Assembly (NCBI GenBank): GCA_002327445.1
Contig: DCWA01000022.1
Coordinates: forward strand, 44,540 to 108,539
DNA: 64,000 nt
Direction of reading: 5' to 3'
Source: Desulfobacteraceae bacterium UBA2174
GTDB taxonomy: Bacteria; Desulfobacterota; Desulfobacteria; Desulfobacterales; UBA2174
Shown here: positions 1 through 14,311 of the stretch, piece after piece
How positions within the stretch are numbered: position 1 is the first letter of the stretch
How the letters are laid out: every line of letters begins with the position of its first letter
Notes under the pieces: model-generated
The model's input: the letters and a program-made list of their open reading frames with translations, nothing else
The model's database searches: none
Told to the model about the DNA's origin: nothing
Made by a program: the position numbers and the translations under genes

Positions 1-78
1 TGCGTTTCGCAGCTAAGCGGGCAACGGTCTTTTCCTGGGGGCACTAAACCATTTAACTACAACCAGGGAATAGAGAAA

Positions 79-603
79 ATGCCACTTCCGAAAGGTTTCG
101 TCCAAGTTTACACCGGTGATGGCAAGGGGAAGACCACGGCGGTGATCGGACTGGCGGTGCGCGCCATCGGCGCCGGTCTGCGGGTATACCTGGCCCAGTT
201 TCTCAAGCAGGGCGACTACAGCGAGATCAAGGCCCTGAGCCAATTCAAGGACCGGATCACCATCGTTCAATTCGGCAGTGGGCGTTTTGTTCTCGGCAAA
301 CCGTCGGATTCCGATCGGGCCCTGGCCGCCAAGGGATTGGCCGCCGCCTGTCAGGCGTTGACCTCGGGCGACTATGATGTGGTGATTCTCGACGAGGCCA
401 ATGTGGCCGCCAGCCTGGGGTTGATATCCGTGGCGGCGATCCTCGATCTGGTCAGGCAAAAGCCCAGGGCGGTGGAACTGGTCGTCAGCGGGCGCGGCGC
501 CGCTCCGGAAATCATTGCCGCCGCGGACCTGGTCACGGAGGTCAAGGTGATCAAACATTACTACGATGCCGGCGTCGAAGCCCGGACGGGAATCGAAAAG
601 TAG
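79..603 (+). CDS. cobO: ATP:cob(I)alamin (cob(I)yrinic acid a,c-diamide) adenosyltransferase, CobO/BtuR type
   Basis: 174-aa ORF with P-loop GDGKGKTTA and YLAQFLKQG..., typical of CobA/CobO/BtuR. First gene of a tightly packed cobalamin string. Confidence 0.85.
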   Translation: MPLPKGFVQVYTGDGKGKTTAVIGLAVRAIGAGLRVYLAQFLKQGDYSEIKALSQFKDRITIVQFGSGRFVLGKPSDSDRALAAKGLAAACQALTSGDYDVVILDEANVAASLGLISVAAILDLVRQKPRAVELVVSGRGAAPEIIAAADLVTEVKVIKHYYDAGVEARTGIEK

Positions 604-611
604 GGGCCGGA

Positions 612-1160
612 ATGATGACGCCGGCCGCCATCCTCGTTATCGGCGGATGCCGCAGCGGAAAGAGCCGCCACGCCCTGGCGCTCGCCTCGGCCGTCGCGGG
701 ACGGCGGATTTTCGTCGCCACCTGCATGGCCAGCGACGATGAGATGGCGGCCCGTGTCCAGCGCCACCGGGCGGAGCGGGATCCTTCCTGGGAAACCGTG
801 GAGGAGGGCGAGAATCTGGTGGGCGTGCTGGACCGGTGGGATGGGGCGGGCCGGGTGATGATTGTCGACTGCCTCACCCTTTGGACAAGCAATCTGCTGG
901 CAGCCGGGCTCGGCGACGCGGCCATCGAGGCGCGGGCCGCCCAACTGGCGGATCGCCTCGAGAAGGTCCGGGGCCGGGTGATCCTGGTGGCCAACGAGAC
1001 CGGCGCCGGCATCGTGCCGGACAATCCCCTGGCCCGGCGGTTCCGGGACCTGGCCGGGCTGGTGAACCAGAAAATGGCCGCGGCCTGCCAGCAGGTGGTG
1101 TGGATGGTGGCCGGGATCCCGGTAACGATCAAACCCGGCATCGCCTCCGAGAACCGCTGA
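612..1160 (+). CDS. cobU: Adenosylcobinamide kinase / adenosylcobinamide-phosphate guanylyltransferase
   Basis: 182 aa with N-terminal P-loop GGCRSGKS and a CobU/CobP-like length and pattern. Starts 8 nt after cobO. Confidence 0.85.
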   Translation: MMTPAAILVIGGCRSGKSRHALALASAVAGRRIFVATCMASDDEMAARVQRHRAERDPSWETVEEGENLVGVLDRWDGAGRVMIVDCLTLWTSNLLAAGLGDAAIEARAAQLADRLEKVRGRVILVANETGAGIVPDNPLARRFRDLAGLVNQKMAAACQQVVWMVAGIPVTIKPGIASENR

Positions 1161-1210
1161 GCGGTGGAAGAGGAATCGGCGGTCAAATTCCCAAGAAAGG
1201 CGTTGCAATA

Positions 1211-1987
1211 GTGGGCACAGGCAACGGCCATTCACAGCCTTTTTTTTTAGTCGCCGCGCTGGATGATCTCGCCGGGGCCCTTCAGTTTCTCACCATCCTG
1301 CCCCTCGGAACCGCTGATCGCTTCGATCCCCGGCGGGCGATGCGGTATTTCCCGGTGGCCGGAATCGTCATCGGAACCATCGTTTCGGTTTTCGACACCC
1401 TGGCCGCCCTCGTCTTGCCGCTGCCGGTGGCCGCGGCCCTCGATGTGGCGCTGATGGTCCTGATCACTGGCGCCCTGCACCTGGACGGGCTGGCCGATAC
1501 GGCCGACGGGCTGCTGGGGCCCCATGATCGATCCCGGGCCTTGGCGATCATGAAGGACAGCCGGGTAGGGGCCATGGGGGCGGTGGCCGTCGCCCTGGTC
1601 CTCATTGTCAAGACCGTCGGGCTGGGGGCGGTTTCCCATCACCGCGGCCTGGCCCTGATCCTGGTGCCGGCCTTCGCCCGCTGCGCCATGATGGTCGCCA
1701 TGACGGCCATGCCCTACGCCCGCAGCGAGGGCGGCACGGGGCGGGCCTTTTTTCATCCGCCGGCCCGGGCGGTGGATCTGGCGGCCATCGCCTTGCCCTT
1801 TGGCTTGAGTCTGTTTCTCGGCTGGCGATGCATCGCCATCGTGTCGGCCCTTGTCGGGGTGACGGCCCTGATGCTGCTTTTTTACCGGCGGCGCCTGGGA
1901 GGCGTGACCGGCGACTTGATCGGGGCTCTGGGGGAAGTCGTGGAGGCCGGGCTTTGGGTGGCCCTGGCGGCCGGAGTGCCATCGTGA
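1211..1987 (+). CDS. cobS: Adenosylcobinamide-GDP ribazoletransferase (cobalamin synthase)
   Basis: The 3' part of track ORF 836..1987 reads ALQFLTILP ... HLDGLADTADG and is polytopic and hydrophobic (CobS signatures). The upstream part of that ORF overlaps cobU out of frame and looks non-coding. Start placed at in-frame GTG 1211; start uncertain. Confidence 0.75.
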   Translation: MGTGNGHSQPFFLVAALDDLAGALQFLTILPLGTADRFDPRRAMRYFPVAGIVIGTIVSVFDTLAALVLPLPVAAALDVALMVLITGALHLDGLADTADGLLGPHDRSRALAIMKDSRVGAMGAVAVALVLIVKTVGLGAVSHHRGLALILVPAFARCAMMVAMTAMPYARSEGGTGRAFFHPPARAVDLAAIALPFGLSLFLGWRCIAIVSALVGVTALMLLFYRRRLGGVTGDLIGALGEVVEAGLWVALAAGVPS

Positions 1988-3069
1988 TCCGCGGCCACGG
2001 GGGAAACGTGCTGGAACTGGCCCGGCGCCTGGGCTGCGATCCGGCGGACATCTGCGACATGAGCAGCAATGTCAATCCGCTGGGGCCCATGCCGGAATTG
2101 CTGGCGCACCTGCATCGCCGCTTCGAGGTGATCCAGGCCCTCCCCGAGGTGGACGCCGCCACCATGACGGCCGCCTTTGCCGATGCCTCGGGCCTGGCTC
2201 CCGAAGGGGTGCTGGCCGGAAACGGCTCCACCGAGCTGATCTACCTGCTTCCCCGGATTTTGGCGCCCCCGCGGGCCGTGGTGGTGGGGCCCACCTACGC
2301 CGACTATGCCGATGCCTGCCGCCTGGCCGGCGTGCCGGTCCAACAGGTCACGGCCGACGACGCGGGGGCGTTCCAGCCTCCCTTGGACCGGCTTCAGGAG
2401 GCGCTGCAGTCCGGCGACCTCGTTTTTGTCTGCAATCCCAACAATCCCACCGGAGTGCTGCTGGCGCCCGACATTCTCATCGATCTGGTTAGCTCCCGGC
2501 CAGACTGCGTCTTCATGGTGGACGAGTCCTACCTGTCGTTTGCCGGCGAGGGGCTGTCCATTGCTCCGCGGGCGCCGGAGAACACGCTCGTGCTCAGCTC
2601 GATGAGCAAGGTTCACCGCATTCCCGGCCTGCGCATCGGGTTTCTGTCCGGGACGCCCTCATTGATCGACCGCCTGGCCGCCCACCGGCCTCCCTGGAGC
2701 GTCAACGCCTTGGCCCAGGAGGCCGTGACTTTTCTCAGCGCCAACCCGGCGGCGGTGGCACAATTCCTCAAGGAAACCAGATCCTTCCTCGAAACCGAAA
2801 AACAGCGCCTGGAAGAGCGGTTGCAGGGCTGCCAGGGGCTGCGGATCCTTCCCAGCCGAACCTCCTTCGTGCTCTTGCAATTGGCACCGCCGGCCACCGC
2901 GGCGGAAGTCTGCCTCGCCTTGGCCCGGGAACGGATTCTGGTGCGCGATTGCAGCAATTTCATCGGCCTCGACGCGCGCTTCATCCGCATTTCCCTCAAG
3001 GACGGCGATGCCAATCGCCGGGTGGCCGAGTGCCTGGATCGAATCCTCGAGATGGCGGGAAAAATGTGA
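1984..3069 (+). CDS. cobD: L-threonine-O-3-phosphate decarboxylase (PLP, aminotransferase fold)
   Basis: The recognisable part begins VIRGHGGNV. Motifs NPNNPTG and SMSKVHRIPGLRIG plus WSVNALA match CobD. GTG 1984 overlaps the cobS stop (GTGA). Confidence 0.8.
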   Translation: MIRGHGGNVLELARRLGCDPADICDMSSNVNPLGPMPELLAHLHRRFEVIQALPEVDAATMTAAFADASGLAPEGVLAGNGSTELIYLLPRILAPPRAVVVGPTYADYADACRLAGVPVQQVTADDAGAFQPPLDRLQEALQSGDLVFVCNPNNPTGVLLAPDILIDLVSSRPDCVFMVDESYLSFAGEGLSIAPRAPENTLVLSSMSKVHRIPGLRIGFLSGTPSLIDRLAAHRPPWSVNALAQEAVTFLSANPAAVAQFLKETRSFLETEKQRLEERLQGCQGLRILPSRTSFVLLQLAPPATAAEVCLALARERILVRDCSNFIGLDARFIRISLKDGDANRRVAECLDRILEMAGKM

Positions 3070-3075
3070 GCTGTC

Positions 3076-4038
3076 ATGTTCGCCGGTGATTCATGGATCA
3101 TCATCGCGGCCGCCTTTGCCCTGGACCTGATCCTGGGCGATCCGCCCTCCTGGCCCCATCCCGTGCGCTGGATGGGGCGGGCGGTGACGGTGCTGGAGCC
3201 GATCCTGAGGCGTTGGACCCGGCGTCCTTTTGTCGCCGGCCAGATGCTCGTGGGGATCCTGGTGCCCGGAACCTGGGCGCTGGGTCTCGGCCTGATCGTC
3301 GCGGCCCATCGCCTGTCGCCGGCGCTGGCGCTGGCGGTGCAGGTGGTGATCCTGTGGACCTGCCTGTCCACCCGCGCGCTCTACACCGCCGCCATGGCGG
3401 TTCAACGGGCGCTGGTGCGACAGGACCTGGGGGCGGCGCGAGAAGCGGTGGGGATGATCGTGGGGCGCGAGACGGCCTATCTTGACGCCCAAGGCGTATC
3501 CCGGGCTGCGGTGGAAACGGTGGCCGAAAACCTGGTGGACGGGGTGGTGGCGCCCCTTTTCTTCGCCGTGCTGGGAGGCGCGCCGCTGGCGCTGGCCTAC
3601 AAGATGGTCAATACCCTGGATTCGATGGTGGGCTACCGCTCGCCGCGCTATCTCGAGTTCGGCCGGGCCGCGGCCCGCCTCGACGACATCGCCAATTTTC
3701 TCCCGGCCCGCCTGTCCGTGCCCTTGATCGCTGCGCCGGCAGCGATCCTTTTCCGCCGCGGGCGACCGGCCTGGAGGACGGCCCGGCGGGACGGGCGCCG
3801 TCATCTCAGTCCCAACGCCGGGTGGCCCGAAGCCGCCTTCGCCGGCGCCCTCGGGGTGCGGCTGGGCGGACCGAACCGCTACCATGGCCAAACGGTGCCC
3901 AAACCGTATATCGGCATCGGGCATCGCCCCGTGCAGGTGACCGACATCGCCCGGGCCTGCGACCTGATGCTGACTTCGGCCCTGTTCACGGCGGTGCTGG
4001 CGGCGGGACTGGCGCTGGTGCTCGGCGGTCTCCGGTAA
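3076..4038 (+). CDS. cbiB: Adenosylcobinamide-phosphate synthase
   Basis: 320-aa membrane protein. N-terminus AAAFALDLILGDPPSWPHPVRWMG is the CbiB/CobD-family signature. Confidence 0.85.
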   Translation: MFAGDSWIIIAAAFALDLILGDPPSWPHPVRWMGRAVTVLEPILRRWTRRPFVAGQMLVGILVPGTWALGLGLIVAAHRLSPALALAVQVVILWTCLSTRALYTAAMAVQRALVRQDLGAAREAVGMIVGRETAYLDAQGVSRAAVETVAENLVDGVVAPLFFAVLGGAPLALAYKMVNTLDSMVGYRSPRYLEFGRAAARLDDIANFLPARLSVPLIAAPAAILFRRGRPAWRTARRDGRRHLSPNAGWPEAAFAGALGVRLGGPNRYHGQTVPKPYIGIGHRPVQVTDIARACDLMLTSALFTAVLAAGLALVLGGLR

Positions 4039-4137
4039 AAGCGAGACTTGCAGTCCCGGCTGTCGTTCCTATGTTTCCCCCCGAATCGTCTGCAACCCGC
4101 TTTGGACAAACCGGTTTCAAAAACAAGGGAGGTTGAC

Positions 4138-4659
4138 ATGGAACTGAAGGGAAAACGCGTGGCCCTGCTGGTGGAGGATCTGTTCAACGTGTTTGAATTC
4201 TGGTACCCGTACTACCGGCTCAGGGAGGCCGGTGCCACGGTAACGGTGGTGGGTACGGGCCGCAGCCCGGTGTTCACCGGCAAGCCGGCCACCGAGGTGC
4301 GCCCCGACACCAGCGCCAAGGACGTGTCGGCCGCCGATTTCGACGCTGTGGTGATTCCGGGCGGGTACGCGCCGGACATGATGCGCCGGGACCCGGCCAT
4401 GGTGAAGTTGGTCCACGACCTGGATGCCGCCGGCAAGGTGGTGGCGGCCATCTGCCACGCCGGCTGGATGCTGGCCTCGGCCAAGATCCTGTCCGGCCGC
4501 AAGGTGACTTCGTTTTTCGCCATCCGGGACGACCTGGTGCATGCCGGCGCCCAATGGACGGACGTCGAGGTGGTGGTGGACGGGAACCTGGTCACCAGCC
4601 GCACCCCGGATGATCTGCCAGCTTTCATGAGGGCCGTGATTGAAGCGTTGAAGAAGTGA
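4138..4659 (+). CDS. DJ-1/PfpI family protease/deglycase
   Basis: ATG 4138 follows AAGGGAGG. Sequence KGKRVALLVEDLF...AAICHAGWML has the nucleophile-elbow Cys-His typical of PfpI. The upstream part of track ORF 4048.. is probably leader. Confidence 0.8.
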   Translation: MELKGKRVALLVEDLFNVFEFWYPYYRLREAGATVTVVGTGRSPVFTGKPATEVRPDTSAKDVSAADFDAVVIPGGYAPDMMRRDPAMVKLVHDLDAAGKVVAAICHAGWMLASAKILSGRKVTSFFAIRDDLVHAGAQWTDVEVVVDGNLVTSRTPDDLPAFMRAVIEALKK

Positions 4660-4663
4660 CGGG

Positions 4664-4762
4664 GTGGACGACGTGGACTTGGTGGACACAGTGGACGACG
4701 TGGACTTGGTGGACACAGTGGACGCTGTGGACTGAGTGGACGACGTGGACGTTGTGGACTTG
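4664..4762. repeat. Tandem array of 11 x 9-bp units GTGGACNNN
   Basis: GTGGAC counted at 4664, 4673, ... 4754 with exact 9-bp phase, just after the pfpI stop. Confidence 0.95.
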
Positions 4763-4806
4763 GCCGACCCTGGTGATGCACTAGCGGATCACGTCTCGCG
4801 CCCCAT

Positions 4807-4848
4807 GTCCACTTTGTCCTCCAGGTCCATTCAGTCCACCGGGTCCAC

Positions 4849-4857
<9 letters not shown>
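4807..4857. repeat. Tandem array of 6 x 9-bp units GTCCAY(NNN), inverted relative to 4664-4762
   Basis: GTCCAC/GTCCTC/GTCCAT at 4807, 4816, 4825, 4834, 4843 and 4852. The last unit overlaps the final codons and stop of clpA. Confidence 0.95.
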
Positions 4858-7107
<2,250 letters not shown>

Positions 7108-7109
7108 GG

Positions 7110-7424
7110 TCAATCCTTTTCCATGGTGCAACGCAGGGGAAAACCGTGCTCCCGAGCGAGGGTGTGTACCGTGTGGACCTTGGTTTCCGCCACTTCCCGC
7201 GGGTACATGCCGCAGACGCCGACCCCCTGGCGGTGCACGTTGAACATGATGCGCGTCGCCTCGTCCGTCGGTTTGTTAAACACGTGGCGCAACACTTCGA
7301 CCACGAAGTCCATCGTGGTGTAGTCGTCGTTGAGCAGCAGTACCTTAAAGAGAGGCGGCTCGTCGGTCCGTTCGTCGATGCTGGTTTTTTCGATCACTTC
7401 CGGATCGGCGAACTCGGCGTTCAT
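7110..7424 (-). CDS. clpS: Clp protease adaptor ClpS
   Basis: 104 aa. The core PPLFKVLLLNDDYTTMDFVVEVL...HRQGVGVCG is the ClpS signature. Lies immediately upstream of clpA. Confidence 0.95.
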   Translation of the reverse strand: MNAEFADPEVIEKTSIDERTDEPPLFKVLLLNDDYTTMDFVVEVLRHVFNKPTDEATRIMFNVHRQGVGVCGMYPREVAETKVHTVHTLAREHGFPLRCTMEKD

Positions 7425-7567
7425 GATCCTTCTCCGGCGCTGGGCGGTGTGACGATGTTCCGGCCGGTGTCCACCGGCGTCCGTTGGGTGGCAAAAGGGC
7501 GTACATTGATTTTCATATAACCATCAAGGCCCGAGGTTGTAAAGGCCCGGACCGGCCCCCGGGAAGC

Positions 7568-10093
<2,526 letters not shown>

Positions 10094-10247
10094 GAGCGTT
10101 GCATCCTTGGCGCCGTCCCGTCTCGGGGCGCGGCGCGGGGTTTTCCGTTATACAGAGCGCGGGACGATCCCGCCGGCTCCAAGCCGACGCTGGAAACAAT
10201 AGCCTTCCATAATACCTCTGGCAAGGGGCCATCGGCAATGGAAGCGG

Positions 10248-11750
10248 TCAATCGTCCGCCGGCGCGCTGGTGGGAATCAGAACGGTGAAGGTGCTGCCGG
10301 CATCCGGGGCGCTTTCCACCTGGATCAGGCCGCCGAGGGCGTCCACCAGGCCTTTGACGATGGGAAGGCCCAGCCCCGTGCCGGTAATGAAGCGGGTGCG
10401 ATCGTTTTTGACCCGGAAGAAGCGCTCGAAGATCCGGTCCAGATGGCGTGGTTCGATGCCGAAGCCGTTGTCCATCACCTGGACCCGGAGGTTGGGGCCG
10501 GCGGGTTCGACGGTCACGCGAATCCGTCCGCCCTCCTGGGTGTAGTTGATGGCATTGGTGATGAGGTTGCCGAAGATGCTCTCCAGCGCCAGCGGGTCGG
10601 CCTTGATGGGTGGCAAGGCATCGGCCGGGGCGGCAAACTCCAGGGTCTGCCGCTTGGTCCTGGCCCGGATCTGGAGGAAATCGACGATGTCCGCCAGCAG
10701 CTTCTCCACCTGGACCGGCTTGAGGGCCTGGCAGATGGCGCCGGACTCGATGCGCGAGAGATCCAGCAGGTCCCCGATGAGGGAGATCAACCCTTGGGTT
10801 TTCTCCTTGGCCCGGCTGAGCAGGTGCTGGTCGGTTTCCGACGCCTGACCGATCATGTCGCTCAGCACCAGGGCCAACTGCTCATGGATCGTGGCCAGCG
10901 GGGAACGCAGTTCGTGGGACACCTTGGCCACGAATTCGCTCTTGAGCCGATCGAGGACCTTGAGGGTGGTGATATCCACGAGGTTGACCAGGGCCCCGAG
11001 GCACTGTCCGCTGGCCCCGCGCACCGGCTGGCAACGCGCCATGAGAAACTTGTCGGCAGCCGGGGAAAATTCGTGGGGCGGGATGTCCTCCGAGTCGATG
11101 TAGCGCCCCCGGGAGGTGTCCAGCACGAGGTCGCGGAACCGCTCGTCGTCGATGTAGGCGTCGATGGGCATGCCGGTGGCCACTTCTTCGGCCAGATGAA
11201 GGTGATGCCGGCAGGCCGGGTTCATCAGCACCACCACGCCCTCGGTGTTGGTGACGAACAAGCCGCTGGGCAGGGAATCGACGATGGTGCGCAGGCGGCT
11301 CTGCTCCCGGTCCAGGTCCAACATTGTCCGTTCTCGCTCCCGTGCCAGGATTTCGGCCTGCTCGCGCAGACGCACCTTTTCCATGGCCCGGTTGATGACG
11401 ATGCGCAGTTGATCCGGGGTGAAGGGCTTGGGAATGAAGTCGTAGGCCCCGCGTTTCATCGCTTCAACGGCGGTTTCCAGGGTGGCAAACCCCGTGATGA
11501 CGATCACGAGGATCTCGCGGTCCAGGGATTGAATGCGCTGCAGCACCTCCATGCCGTCGATGCCGGGCATCTTCATGTCCAGCAGAACAATGGCGGGAGG
11601 ATCGGCGTGGATGACCTTCAAGCCTTCGGCGCCGTTGGCGGCCTGTGAGACCCGGCAGCCCATCCGGGTCAGGATGCGATGGGCGCCGGTGCGGATGCCT
11701 TCCTCGTCGTCAACCACCAGAATGTGGATTGAAGTTTGATCCGTCACCAT
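10248..11750 (-). CDS. Hybrid response-regulator receiver / PAS / histidine kinase
   Basis: ATG 11750 follows AAGGAGAAA. Has a REC domain (ILVVDDEEG...LLDMKMPGIDG), a PAS region, HisKA (SHELRSPLATI) and an HATPase (GTGLGLPIVK). Confidence 0.85.
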   Translation of the reverse strand: MVTDQTSIHILVVDDEEGIRTGAHRILTRMGCRVSQAANGAEGLKVIHADPPAIVLLDMKMPGIDGMEVLQRIQSLDREILVIVITGFATLETAVEAMKRGAYDFIPKPFTPDQLRIVINRAMEKVRLREQAEILARERERTMLDLDREQSRLRTIVDSLPSGLFVTNTEGVVVLMNPACRHHLHLAEEVATGMPIDAYIDDERFRDLVLDTSRGRYIDSEDIPPHEFSPAADKFLMARCQPVRGASGQCLGALVNLVDITTLKVLDRLKSEFVAKVSHELRSPLATIHEQLALVLSDMIGQASETDQHLLSRAKEKTQGLISLIGDLLDLSRIESGAICQALKPVQVEKLLADIVDFLQIRARTKRQTLEFAAPADALPPIKADPLALESIFGNLITNAINYTQEGGRIRVTVEPAGPNLRVQVMDNGFGIEPRHLDRIFERFFRVKNDRTRFITGTGLGLPIVKGLVDALGGLIQVESAPDAGSTFTVLIPTSAPADD

Positions 11751-13260
11751 TTTCTCCTTTGGTCCGGGGTCCGACGACAGGCAGGCGGACGCGGAAGGTC
11801 GTCCCATGCGCAAGGTGGCTGTCCACCTCGATCCGGCCGCTGTGGTTTTCGACGATACTGTAGGCCATGCTCAAACCCAGCCCGGTGCCTTGGCCTTCTT
11901 CCTTGGTGGTAAAGAAGGGCTCGAAGATATGAGGCAGCACCTCGGGGGCGATGCCAGGGCCGGTGTCGCCGATTTCAATGATCGCCGTGTCGGAGGCGGC
12001 ATCAAAGACCGTGCGGATCGTGAGCTGGCCGTGACCTGCCATCGCCTGGGCCGCATTGAGAATCAGGTTCATGAACAGGTGGTTGAGCTGCTGGACGTCG
12101 GAGCGGACCGGCGGCAGGCCGGCATCGAAGTCCCTGACGATCCGCACGTTGTGAAACAGCGTCTGGTTCTGCAGCAGAAACAGGGTGCGGGCCAATGCCT
12201 GGTTGAGGTCCTGGGGCTGGATCTGCTGCCGGGTCTGGCGTGCGAACTCCAGCAGCTCCTTCACCGTGTCGCGGCAGCGCTGGGCATCGGCCAGGATCCG
12301 CTCCAGGTCGGCCTTGGCCGCATCGGGCAGTTGGTATTCCTCGGTCATCAGGCGCGCAAAGAGGGTGATGCTGCCCAGGGGGTTGTTGAGCTGGTGGGCG
12401 ACACCGGCGGCGAGCTTCCCCAGGGACGCCATCTTTTCGGCCTGCATCAGTTGAATCTGGGCGTGCTCCAGTTCGCCCTTCATCCGCAGCCGCTCCCGCA
12501 GGTCGTGAAAAAAACCGATGGAGGCGACTTCGCGTCCCTCCTCGTAGATCAGCGAGGCATAGAGGCTGATGGGGATGGGCCGGCCGTCCTTGCCGATGAT
12601 ATCCACATGGTATCGCTTGAGCTTGCCGCGACCCCCGAACTTTTCGCTGCGCAGGTCGCGCATCACGTTGCGGGCCGCTGCCTTCCCTTCACCGGGATAA
12701 ATCTGCCAGATGTAGAGAGCGCTCAGGGCTTCCGACTCGGCGTATCCGGTGACTTCAGAGGCTTCCTCGTTGAAGATGATGATCTTGCCGCTCATGTCGG
12801 CGGCGATGAACGGGTCCACGGCGCTGCGCAGAATGTTGTTCAAAAACGTGTTGGCGCGTTGGAGTTTTTCTTCCAGGCCGGACATGCGCGAGATGTCGTA
12901 ATCCACCATGGCCACCGCGTCGATGCGGCCGCCGGAAAAGATCGGAAAGCAAATGCCTTTCTTAATGGGCGAAACCATGGTCAGGGATTGGTGGTGAACC
13001 ACGGCCTTGCCGGTGCGAAGCGTCTGCACAGCCGGACAGTCGTCGCATGGGGCGTCGCGATCATGGATGAACAGGTGGCAGATTTGGCCGATCAGCCGGT
13101 GATCCCATTTTTCGGCGGCATGGCGGTTGGCGGCCACGATACGGAAATCGGGAGTGATGATCACCACATCGCGTTTAAGGGCGTCGATGGCCCTGAGCAG
13201 GTATTGGCTTGCTTCTAAGCTGCGCATCGCTTGGGTCCGGGGGGAAGCCCGACGGTTCAC
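11710..13260 (-). CDS. PAS-domain sensor histidine kinase
   Basis: Two PAS-like regions, H-box AHQLNNPLG and an ATPase G-boxes (GTGLGLSMAY). Its 3' end overlaps the next kinase start by 41 nt. Start could be Met12 (13227). Confidence 0.85.
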   Translation of the reverse strand: MNRRASPRTQAMRSLEASQYLLRAIDALKRDVVIITPDFRIVAANRHAAEKWDHRLIGQICHLFIHDRDAPCDDCPAVQTLRTGKAVVHHQSLTMVSPIKKGICFPIFSGGRIDAVAMVDYDISRMSGLEEKLQRANTFLNNILRSAVDPFIAADMSGKIIIFNEEASEVTGYAESEALSALYIWQIYPGEGKAAARNVMRDLRSEKFGGRGKLKRYHVDIIGKDGRPIPISLYASLIYEEGREVASIGFFHDLRERLRMKGELEHAQIQLMQAEKMASLGKLAAGVAHQLNNPLGSITLFARLMTEEYQLPDAAKADLERILADAQRCRDTVKELLEFARQTRQQIQPQDLNQALARTLFLLQNQTLFHNVRIVRDFDAGLPPVRSDVQQLNHLFMNLILNAAQAMAGHGQLTIRTVFDAASDTAIIEIGDTGPGIAPEVLPHIFEPFFTTKEEGQGTGLGLSMAYSIVENHSGRIEVDSHLAHGTTFRVRLPVVGPRTKGENGDGSNFNPHSGG

Positions 13261-13509
13261 CGAAAATAGTAGTATAATTTGAGATTATTTAAAAAATCAA
13301 TGGATGATTGAACCTGGCGACCGACGCCTGGAAGAGCCGATAATGAATCTTAATTCACTGTCGGGCGACCGGCTTCAGAATCTCGCGAGACTGAAGCCGC
13401 ATGCAACTACTCAACTTATATTCAAACGTTTTATCTATAGGTTATACATTGTTTAGGCGAGCTGAACCCCATGGGGAGATTCCTCTTGACAGGAATTGGA
13501 GGGGTTGCT

Positions 13510-13531
13510 AATGAATGAGTGTTCATTCATT
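13510..13531. promoter_or_regulatory. Perfect 9+9 inverted repeat AATGAATGA-GTGT-TCATTCATT (candidate TetR operator)
   Basis: Read directly. The arms are exact reverse complements, and the repeat overlaps the ATG (13511) of the tetR-family gene. Confidence 0.55.
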
Positions 13532-14194
13532 GGTCCAAAGGGTTCGCCCGGGAGGTGCGTTATCGTCAGCAAACCGCGCAACCAGGAAAAATTCCAACGG
13601 ATTTTGGAAGCTGCGATCAAGGTTTTCGCCGAGCAGGGATTCCACCAGGCCACCATTGCCCAGATCGCCCGCCAGGCCGGGGTCGCCGACGGGACCATAT
13701 ATCTGTATTTCAAGAACAAAGACGACATCCTGGTCCATTTTTTCAACGAGCGTACCCGGTTGGTGTTCGACCGGTTTCGCGAATCGGTCAAGGAGGCGGA
13801 CGGGGCGGTGGGCAAGCTCAAGGCCCTGGTCGGCACGCACCTGGCCGAATTTCAGGCCGATGTGCACATGGCGGCCGTCTATCAGGCCTGGACCCATCAA
13901 TTTCAACGGGTGGCCGAACCCCAGATCAAGGAGATGTCCAAGATGTACCTGGACATCGTCAGCGAGATCGTCGAACTGGGACAGCAAGAAGGCTCCTTGC
14001 GCAAGGACCTTTATCTGGGACTGGTCAAGCGGTTCATCATCGGCGCCGTCGACGAGGTGATCAACACCTGGCTGCACGCCGGCGGACGATACGACCTGTC
14101 CTCGATGGCCGATCCGCTGGTGGACTTGTTCATCCGGGGTATCGGGGCGGATCCCGGTGCGGCCTCGATCCCGGAACCGGGCGCCGAAGGGTAG
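13511..14194 (+). CDS. TetR/AcrR family transcriptional regulator
   Basis: HTH region FQRILEAAIKVFAEQGFHQATIAQIARQAGVADGTIYLYFKNKDDIL. Start uncertain (TTG 13496 / ATG 13511). Confidence 0.85.
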   Translation: MNECSFIGPKGSPGRCVIVSKPRNQEKFQRILEAAIKVFAEQGFHQATIAQIARQAGVADGTIYLYFKNKDDILVHFFNERTRLVFDRFRESVKEADGAVGKLKALVGTHLAEFQADVHMAAVYQAWTHQFQRVAEPQIKEMSKMYLDIVSEIVELGQQEGSLRKDLYLGLVKRFIIGAVDEVINTWLHAGGRYDLSSMADPLVDLFIRGIGADPGAASIPEPGAEG

Positions 14195-14311
14195 CTCCGG
14201 AGATGGCGCGGGCATCGGTCCACGACCGGCCGGATTCCGGCCTTGCCGTGGGCTGGAGCTGATTTTTCTACCTTTATCCATTATCCATAAAAACCAAACA
14301 GGGAGTTGAGC

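Noticed and set aside
1-78. Cobalamin riboswitch 3' end upstream of cobO.
   Set aside because: Only 78 nt are available and no B12-box-like sequence is visible.
836-1210. 5' extension of the cobS ORF (track ORF starts at 836).
   Set aside because: It overlaps cobU in another frame and translates to an R/G/P-rich string with no CobS similarity. The CobS-like sequence only begins near 1250.
13486-13514. TTGACA-N17-TAATGA as the tetR promoter.
   Set aside because: Not listed as a feature because it would place the TSS downstream of the only plausible start codon. It is kept only as a puzzle in the findings.
14274-14287. TTATCCA-TTATCCA direct repeat resembling DnaA boxes upstream of the acyl-CoA dehydrogenase gene.
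   Set aside because: Only 7 of 9 box positions match, there are just two overlapping copies, and there is no origin context. More likely part of the promoter or leader.
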